Of a DNA stretch of 64,000 bases, positions 57,170 to 64,000 are shown in pieces. A model generated the notes under the pieces. The model did not search any database, was not told the DNA's origin, and saw only the letters and a list, made by a program, of their open reading frames with translations. The stretch is taken from contig CAZLEV010000003.1 of the NCBI GenBank assembly GCA_964558645.1, positions 96,001 through 160,000 on the forward strand, written 5' to 3'. The DNA is from an uncultured archaeon. GTDB lineage: Archaea; Asgardarchaeota; Thorarchaeia; Thorarchaeales; Thorarchaeaceae. Each line of letters begins with the position of its first letter. Within the stretch, counting starts at the first letter, position 1. The translations under genes and the position numbers were made by a program.

Positions 57170-58041
57170 GCTTTGCTGATGATTTCCCTAACTTTGTGGA
57201 GAGCATCGCTTACAAAGCCAGTTCTCTCCATTGATTGGAGAGCATCCTTGACTGCTTTGTAATGGAGAATCGCCTCCGCGGTGACTTCTCCCTCCTTGAC
57301 ATCGTCTGCGACTCGAACGACATTCATGAGATGGGTTTCCCGTGCACGGTCTTTGAGCGACCCGATGTCAACGGTCCACCGTCCGAAGTCAGTGACATAC
57401 TCTAGATTGGCTCTCACCAGGTCCAAGTTGTCCTGCGGTGGATCATGCCCAGAGAGTATCAGTTTCGCGTCAGCCTGGAGGTAGCCGCCAAGAGTTGCCT
57501 TGTATTCCTGAATGTTCATCTGATTGATGTATGGGATTGGACTCTCGATGTTGTCTCCAACAAACAAGACCCTGTCTCTCTTGTCAAAGCAACTGGCAGA
57601 GTCTCGTGTATGCCCAGGCGTGTGAAAGAACTCAATCTCCTCCTCCGCGAAGTCCAGTTTCTCTCTGAATGTCATATTGGGTGGAAGTCTGAATACATTT
57701 CCTCGCTGATGTGAGGAATACTTCTCCAACACGTTCTCCCATTCTGTGATGACTCGCTTACGGCATAGCTCATGGCCTATGATTAGTTTTCCCTCGAAAT
57801 GACAGTTGCCCCAGATGTGATCATAGTCTGCATGCGAATTGAATATGATGAGTCTTGATGGCAAGCTGTATCTCTTTGATAGTTGCGTCATCAGTTCTCT
57901 CATCGGTTCTGGACCACAAAAAGTGTCACAGACAAAGAGGGATGTTTCTCCAACTACGACGTACACATTGCCGATGTATGGATCATCGAAAGTAAACAAG
58001 AGTCCTCTGTCAGAGACTTCTGTGACCTGCATCCTGTTCAC
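57166..58041 (-). CDS. MBL-fold metallo-hydrolase (cyclase-like)
   Basis: SHADYDHIWGN, PGHT, FVGD, SGH. Confidence 0.88.
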   Translation of the reverse strand: MNRMQVTEVSDRGLLFTFDDPYIGNVYVVVGETSLFVCDTFCGPEPMRELMTQLSKRYSLPSRLIIFNSHADYDHIWGNCHFEGKLIIGHELCRKRVITEWENVLEKYSSHQRGNVFRLPPNMTFREKLDFAEEEIEFFHTPGHTRDSASCFDKRDRVLFVGDNIESPIPYINQMNIQEYKATLGGYLQADAKLILSGHDPPQDNLDLVRANLEYVTDFGRWTVDIGSLKDRARETHLMNVVRVADDVKEGEVTAEAILHYKAVKDALQSMERTGFVSDALHKVREIISKA

Positions 58042-58099
58042 CTTCTTCTCGCCTTACATACTAGTAAGCGGTCTCTAATGAAACCTCTTCTAAGCCACA

Positions 58100-59053
58100 T
58101 TAGATCCGCTTGCTTCTGAAGAGACCTGAGCATGCGTGGGTCTCGAGACCTCGCTTTTCCAGTTCATCCAGAATCATGTTCATCCCAATCGAATCGCTGC
58201 TCATATGTCCGGCGATTACTACGTAGAGCCCCTCTCTCTCACATTCCTCTTTGAGTTTGTCTGTCAAGTGCATGGTCACAATTGTGCTGACCCCTGCTCT
58301 TGCGAGCTTGCGAATAGAGTCAGGGCCAGGAGTCGTGCCGCCTGTGAAGAAGACAAACTTCTCGCCACAGCTTCCTGATTCGCTTCCAACGAGAATTTCA
58401 GGTCCTGCACCGTACTTCTCGGCCTCTTGATACTCAGGGATTTCGAGGAGCGCCTCGGTCAGCTCACCCAACGTTGAAGGGTCTTTCTCCTTAAGATAGT
58501 CGTCAAGATACTGATATCCCAGAGAGTCGGCTGGTGTGTGAGAACACATGAATGGCATATCGATGAGTCGGGCTGCATCTATCGTCTGTGTGTGGTTTCG
58601 CGCTTTGGTCGCGAAGTGAACTTCCTTGAGCCTCTTTGCCATGGCGGATTCGGCCTGTGCAATCGGTACCCCGAGCTTTGCCCAGTGGTCGGGCTGTAGC
58701 TTCATCACCCAGTCCAAGTTACTAGTTCCGATACCATGCGGATGGTGGGCCAGAACTAGTTCTATCTTGGTTCCTTTGTCGTTCAGTCGATCGGCCAGAA
58801 CAATCTCGCCAGACGTGATGTCGATGCCTGCAAGAACGCTGCCAACCTCCCTGTCTTCTGTGCCATAGAGTAATCTGCAGTCTGTATATGGATTCCAAAC
58901 AACGTCCGGGTCAGCGAGCTCCTTCTTCTTCCCTTCGAGCTTATCATACTTCTCTTTCGACTTTTCGAGAATCTCTTTGACCCGGTCCTCGCCGCGCGGG
59001 TCTGCTTCGATGCCCATCTGCACAATCAAACGGTATATGTCGCCTAGTTTCAT
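58100..59053 (-). CDS. NIF3/YqfO-like metal-binding protein
   Basis: GID, AHHP, HTPAD, TGGT, MH, GHMSSDSIG. Confidence 0.85.
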   Translation of the reverse strand: MKLGDIYRLIVQMGIEADPRGEDRVKEILEKSKEKYDKLEGKKKELADPDVVWNPYTDCRLLYGTEDREVGSVLAGIDITSGEIVLADRLNDKGTKIELVLAHHPHGIGTSNLDWVMKLQPDHWAKLGVPIAQAESAMAKRLKEVHFATKARNHTQTIDAARLIDMPFMCSHTPADSLGYQYLDDYLKEKDPSTLGELTEALLEIPEYQEAEKYGAGPEILVGSESGSCGEKFVFFTGGTTPGPDSIRKLARAGVSTIVTMHLTDKLKEECEREGLYVVIAGHMSSDSIGMNMILDELEKRGLETHACSGLFRSKRI

Positions 59054-59194
59054 GAGACTGCACTAGAGTCTGACTGTATGAAGCTTTCGCATCAAGCATG
59101 AACTCCGCTGCATCTCCCAAATTAGGTCTAAGTTAGAGCGTCGCACAAAGGTTTTATTGAACCATGTTACCAGTTGTGATGAGGTGCGCGCCCG

Positions 59195-61543
59195 ATGCCC
59201 AATGGGTGGAGAGCAAAAATAGCAATATTCGCAATGGTTCTAATCATAGCATCAGTATGTGTAAATGTGAACGCAATCTACGTCCAGACTCAGTCATGGA
59301 GCCAGAGTCAGACCCTTACAAGGGAAGACAACGGCCATGCATATTTGAGAGTAGACGGAGATGATGGAGTATTCGGTGATCGGCATCTGCTCACTGTAGA
59401 TGAAGATGTTGACTATATCAGGTACAACTACGGTCACTCCTCTTGGAGCCGACAGACTGGCACGTTCGAAGGTCCCGCCACGATGTACACTTACTTGGGA
59501 CGAGACTCAATAGACAATCAAGGTTGGCTATCCAACGGAACACGGTATCCCTACTTCTATGACTTCATCAATACAACGGAGGACTTCACACTCTCACTTG
59601 AACATATGAGGCATGAGTTCCCAGTTATAGTTGGAGAAGAGTTCTCGGTTCTCATCGAGTCTAATCGTGCTTACTATGGTACTTTCAATCTGACATCAGA
59701 GGAAGAGTACTTCCACTTCACCTTGGCTTCTCGTCAGGATGACTGTGAGATGGTTGCTGTAGTCGTGGACCCCCTAGGCAGGCTTCTGACTGAAATCTTT
59801 GTGGAGGATGGTGACATCCAACTGATGCCATTCAACCCTTCAATACCGGGAATGTACACAATCGTGCTCATCGCTGTTTCCGGAAACCGAGGGATTCTGA
59901 CGGCTGATTTACTCCTTGAAGAAGTTGAGCCTATTCTTCTTGAACCTGACCAGATTGTCGAGGGAATGCTTCCGGGATCCGAGATGAAAGTCAGACAAGA
60001 CGACGGCGATTTCGTGTATACAGAGATACCCCCGTCTGCAATGACATACAAGGTGACAGGGAACTACACTCATCCCGGCCGGCTCAGATACTCCTTCAAC
60101 TACATGGCTATGATGATGGGAGGCATGGAGCCGTTCATCATCGTCACTGGCGACTCTTTCTCCTGCAGCAATGAAGTGACAGGTTTCATGGATGGAATGG
60201 GTGGTGCTGGAGACACCTATTGGTATCAGTGCTTCAGGAATGGGTCTTACTATTTCACTGTTATCGGAATGGATGAGACACAATACACACTGCTCAACGA
60301 GGTTCCTGATACCCCCGTCCTGCCTCTGAACCAAGAGTTCTATCTCGAGAGCCCGTATCAGGATGGAAGCAGACAGGCTTTCACGCTAAACTTGGCACAG
60401 GACTCGGTCTTTGTCGTGAATCGGTCCACGGAGAGCGATCCATTCGACTGGAGTATATGGACCGTGGATGATAACAACTGCTTCCGGTATAGATCTGTCC
60501 CCAGTCATCAGGACCTCGAATCTGCCTCGCCCTTCTACTTACCTGCTGGGCGGTACTTGCTGGTTGCCACATCCTATAACATGGATGACAAGGGATTCTA
60601 CGAGTTCAACGTTGGTCCAATTCTTGATGGAACTGGTCAGGTCGCTGTGGACGCTGGGCGGATCATAGGAGTGAGTGTAGAGACCGATCCTATTCATTTC
60701 TACCGGGCAAATGTTACTCTTGAGACCCTCGACAATGTTACTGTATCTGCGCGGTACGTTATACTCGGAGACTATGGAAGCACCATAACTACTTGGATCC
60801 AAGATCTCGGGAACCGAAGAGCTGGCTTCGGTTGGCAAAAGGTGATGGCAAACTGGACGTCAAAGGATCTCGGACTTCCAATAACCTACGACCGATTTTC
60901 CGGTGAGAGAAGCATCATTGCAATCGTGCCCTATCAAGTGGTGAACAACACGCCCGGGGGAGGCAATGAGTATCACGAGTACACCGTCGACTACGGCATC
61001 CACTTCGATCCACTGTGGGATGATTATTTCAATGGAACCGGAAGCTTGACTGTGGGAAGCAGCGTTGCGATACACAACTTCACTCTTGGCGATCCTGGTG
61101 AATCCACTGAGATATACGTGCTCAGTGTAGATGCCTCTGCAGGAGTCTGGCACAATGTCACTGTCGTGGTTTCTGACGTGACATCTTGGACAGCCTCTGT
61201 CAGACAGGAAGCCCCGTTCGGCGCTCAGGTCCTTAGATGGTTCGATCTCGACGATACACTGGTTGGTTCGACCTCGGACGAGGCTGCCTTTCAGTTCGGA
61301 ACCCTTGAAGGCCGATTTAACCTAATCTTCTATGTGCAACGTGTTCTAGCCGGTGAAGGCAGTCTTGACGTTATAATCGAGCCCTTCACCACGAATGTTC
61401 TGGGTTCTCCACCAGCAATCAGGTACCTTGGCATTTCGGCTGAAAGCGTGGGTGATCTCGGTCCCGTTCTCATAGTCGTTGGTGGCGTCGGCGCAGCAGT
61501 TGCCATTGTGGCAATAGTGTATTTCGTGAAAGTGAAGAAGTAG
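59195..61543 (+). CDS. Large secreted beta-rich surface protein with C-terminal TM anchor
   Basis: Signal peptide, repeated PPC-like beta-sandwich units (PGMYTIVL, NGSYYFTV, AGRYLLV), TM + KVKK. Confidence 0.75.
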   Translation: MPNGWRAKIAIFAMVLIIASVCVNVNAIYVQTQSWSQSQTLTREDNGHAYLRVDGDDGVFGDRHLLTVDEDVDYIRYNYGHSSWSRQTGTFEGPATMYTYLGRDSIDNQGWLSNGTRYPYFYDFINTTEDFTLSLEHMRHEFPVIVGEEFSVLIESNRAYYGTFNLTSEEEYFHFTLASRQDDCEMVAVVVDPLGRLLTEIFVEDGDIQLMPFNPSIPGMYTIVLIAVSGNRGILTADLLLEEVEPILLEPDQIVEGMLPGSEMKVRQDDGDFVYTEIPPSAMTYKVTGNYTHPGRLRYSFNYMAMMMGGMEPFIIVTGDSFSCSNEVTGFMDGMGGAGDTYWYQCFRNGSYYFTVIGMDETQYTLLNEVPDTPVLPLNQEFYLESPYQDGSRQAFTLNLAQDSVFVVNRSTESDPFDWSIWTVDDNNCFRYRSVPSHQDLESASPFYLPAGRYLLVATSYNMDDKGFYEFNVGPILDGTGQVAVDAGRIIGVSVETDPIHFYRANVTLETLDNVTVSARYVILGDYGSTITTWIQDLGNRRAGFGWQKVMANWTSKDLGLPITYDRFSGERSIIAIVPYQVVNNTPGGGNEYHEYTVDYGIHFDPLWDDYFNGTGSLTVGSSVAIHNFTLGDPGESTEIYVLSVDASAGVWHNVTVVVSDVTSWTASVRQEAPFGAQVLRWFDLDDTLVGSTSDEAAFQFGTLEGRFNLIFYVQRVLAGEGSLDVIIEPFTTNVLGSPPAIRYLGISAESVGDLGPVLIVVGGVGAAVAIVAIVYFVKVKK

Positions 61544-61561
61544 TTTCGCTTCGCAGGTGAT

Positions 61562-61600
61562 GGAGAGGGTTATCCCTCTCCTCCCTTCCCTTTTCTTTCT
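61562..61600 (+). terminator. Hairpin + pyrimidine tract
   Basis: GGAGAGGG-TTAT-CCCTCTCC followed by a C/T tract. Confidence 0.6.
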
Positions 61601-61714
61601 CTGTTCAATGAAATATATCGTGAACCAAGTCTATTGGGAGCTTGATATTCGCAAGCCAATAGACAAGAGGGCCACCAACTAGTTTCTTCAGAACTGTGGC
61701 AGCCTTCAGTTTCA

Positions 61715-64000
61715 CTACTTTCTCTTTCGAACGTAGAACGCGACTACAGCAACTACGACCACTGCGATTCCTAGAGCCGCCAAGACCATAGGCAGTGTCA
61801 AATCCACAGGTCTTGTTGTTGCTTCTTGGGGTTGAACAGCTAGTACAGTGACGTCTACCCTATCAGAAACGGAATTTGCAGATCTATCATAGACTGTGAG
61901 TACGAAGTATGTTTCTCCGGGCTCTAGGTGGTCGACACTGTAAACGATGCGCGAACCGGACCAAGGTCCCGATGCCACAACACTGTTGTTTCTCTCAATC
62001 TGATACCATGCAGGATAGTCATCGTCTGGAGTCCAGACGACAGTGTTTCCAGTCGAGCCGTGCATGTAGGTCAGGTCGTCCGGTGAGTCTATGGTCGGAT
62101 CTACATCATCATCAATGACTTGGACAAGAATTGTATCGCTGTCAGAGTTTCTATCCAAGTCGTAAATGACAATGTGGTACTCGTAGATTCCTTCAATGAG
62201 TCCATCGAGACCCAAGGTCAGGGTGCCAGATGTCCATGTGCCCGTGATTTGCTCCTCCCCATCAATGTACACCATATAGATGTCGGGATTCAGGTCGGAA
62301 ATCTGCCACGTGACAGACTGATTGGTGCCGTCTTCGAAGACGGTGACATCTGCTGCAGAACTCATCACAGGCGGAGTGTTATCGAACACATGGATGAGCA
62401 CTTCATCAGTTGCGCTGTTGTCTTCAGTGTCCCAGATGGTGAAGGTTGCCGTATGGGTGCCATATGTGAGGTTATCCACATTGACAGTCACGCCGTCTTC
62501 GAACTTCCAGGCGTCCTCTTCCCAGAGCTGGCCATCGATCTCAAGTGTCCAAGACTTCAGGAAATCGTCTCGTGGGCGCCACGTGAGTGTGTTCCCCGCA
62601 GAACCCTCGGCATAGCTTATGTCCAGTGGCTGGTCAATCATCGGGGTCGTTGGTGCAAAGAGACATGGATAGTTATCTACCGATGAGCCTCCGGCAATCT
62701 CGTCATAGATGCCGGTTCCATCCCAGTCATCCCAGCAGTTACCAAGCTCAACGCCATCATCAAATGTGTTGAGACTATCATCATAGGCGTTTGCCGTACC
62801 ACTGAAGGCGATGGTGTTGTAGTAGACATCCGTGCCTGCTGACGAGAGCAAGACTATGCCAAACTGGGAGGACCACAGGATTGTGTTGTTCGTGATAAGT
62901 TGGTTGTCGCCGTTCACCACGCGGATTGCCTGACCACAGCTCTCGAAGTGGTTCAGGGTCACATTGTGCCCGTCTGAGGTGCTGCCAATTGGCTCAACTC
63001 CATACGAAGTACAATGCCGAAAGACGTTGCCTGTGATGTTGTAGTCGGATGAGCTGTATGCTGCAATTCCGATTGTGCAATTGTAGATGGTATTATTGAT
63101 GATTTGATGCGAGTTTGACTCGTAGAGCCCGTAGATGACCTGACCTGGAATGTGTCTAAAAACAGATCCCATCACGACCCCATTGTCCCCGTATTCACAG
63201 TATACGCCTTGGAAGGAGTTCTCTACGGTCAGGTTCAAGAGTTGAAACTGGTCAGACTCATAGAGATGGATTGCTGTTCCAGTTGGAATGAAGCGGTCAA
63301 AGGACGACTCTGCGACATACAGCCCATCGGAACGGTATCCGTAGATACCTTTCGCAGCCCCAATGCCGGTGAGCTGAGAATCAAGGACAGTTGCATTCTC
63401 GGTTTCGTGGACGACGATGCCATATCGGTTCCCAGAGATTTCAACGCCCTCGATGTTGATCTCCTCAGAGAAGGCAGTCAGGATTCCGGCCGATGACGTT
63501 TCGAATTCACCACCTTGTATCGTCATATTCTCGCAGTCCACGATGATGATTTCGCCACATTGTGTTCCATCTATGACCATGTCTGATTGTGCTCTGAGGT
63601 ACAGCAGATCCTTGCCATTGACGATGTTGTCGTTGACTGTATGATTGTAGTGCTGCACGTTCGGACTAATGGGCGCGAGTATGCCACATCCGGTGAACTC
63701 ATTTCCTTCTATGGTGCAGTTGATACACTGAAACAAGTAGAGTCCGTTCAGTGCCTGCGATACTATGTTGTTCGAGAAGGTAGCATTTACTGCGCCGTAG
63801 AATGCCGCTCCTTCATTCTCGATTGCCGTGATGGTGTTCTCGATCACCGTGAGATTGTCTGAACCAGTGATATAGATACCATCAACCGAATCGGAGATGT
63901 CATTGTCAGACAAGTATGCCCTGTCGCAGTCGGAAAGGTAGAGAGCCTGCGAAAATGCATCCGACAAGATATTGCCGATGATGACTGAATCTGGAGAGTT
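61715..64000 (-). CDS. NosD/right-handed beta-helix + three Ig-like repeats + TM surface protein (5' end outside window)
   Basis: N..I..N beta-helix repeats, GNCWDDW, P..D.P.D.Y..GS.GN...W repeats, C-terminal TM + RKRK. Confidence 0.85.
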   Translation of the reverse strand, partial: NSPDSVIIGNILSDAFSQALYLSDCDRAYLSDNDISDSVDGIYITGSDNLTVIENTITAIENEGAAFYGAVNATFSNNIVSQALNGLYLFQCINCTIEGNEFTGCGILAPISPNVQHYNHTVNDNIVNGKDLLYLRAQSDMVIDGTQCGEIIIVDCENMTIQGGEFETSSAGILTAFSEEINIEGVEISGNRYGIVVHETENATVLDSQLTGIGAAKGIYGYRSDGLYVAESSFDRFIPTGTAIHLYESDQFQLLNLTVENSFQGVYCEYGDNGVVMGSVFRHIPGQVIYGLYESNSHQIINNTIYNCTIGIAAYSSSDYNITGNVFRHCTSYGVEPIGSTSDGHNVTLNHFESCGQAIRVVNGDNQLITNNTILWSSQFGIVLLSSAGTDVYYNTIAFSGTANAYDDSLNTFDDGVELGNCWDDWDGTGIYDEIAGGSSVDNYPCLFAPTTPMIDQPLDISYAEGSAGNTLTWRPRDDFLKSWTLEIDGQLWEEDAWKFEDGVTVNVDNLTYGTHTATFTIWDTEDNSATDEVLIHVFDNTPPVMSSAADVTVFEDGTNQSVTWQISDLNPDIYMVYIDGEEQITGTWTSGTLTLGLDGLIEGIYEYHIVIYDLDRNSDSDTILVQVIDDDVDPTIDSPDDLTYMHGSTGNTVVWTPDDDYPAWYQIERNNSVVASGPWSGSRIVYSVDHLEPGETYFVLTVYDRSANSVSDRVDVTVLAVQPQEATTRPVDLTLPMVLAALGIAVVVVAVVAFYVRKRK

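Noticed and set aside
1-64000. CRISPR array, rRNA, integrase or viral genes
   Set aside because: No regularly spaced repeats, rRNA signatures, recombinase motifs or capsid genes were seen.

Overview
This is an archaeal chromosomal window, most likely from an Asgard archaeon and probably Thorarchaeia. That call is inferred from longin/small-GTPase fusion genes, NosD/Ig-like membrane-anchored surface proteins, frequent TTG/GTG starts and TATA-type promoters. The window holds about 50 CDS for housekeeping, transport and metabolism: dpp ABC, nadX, prpD-like, a feo operon with a DtxR-family regulator, larA-like, cysS, nadA/nadK, ppa, kbl, ggt, aspA and signal peptidase I. Main observations: (1) A tandem paralog pair (30587-34346) has the architecture longin-GTPase-longin-wHTH-wHTH. 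One partner has an intact Arf-like GTPase, the other a catalytically dead pseudo-GTPase, and both carry NPRL2/GATOR1-like tails. (2) A ~9.5 kb island is bounded by two diverged, indel-free ~395 bp copies of 'MFS 3' end + tRNA-Cys'. It carries a small Trp-rich secreted protein, an anchored protein, a two-permease FtsX/LolD ABC transporter and a truncated IS5-family transposase fused in frame to the duplicated MFS tail. (3) An NAD-kinase-wHTH fusion with a degenerate GGDG motif lies divergent from nadA, with palindromic sites between them. (4) There is an orphan Eco31I/Alw26I-type m6A + circularly permuted m5C methyltransferase pair. (5) A candidate structured ncRNA, tandem Sm-like proteins and a Tubby/LOR-like protein are also present. 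All family calls come from motif recognition by eye; no searches were run.
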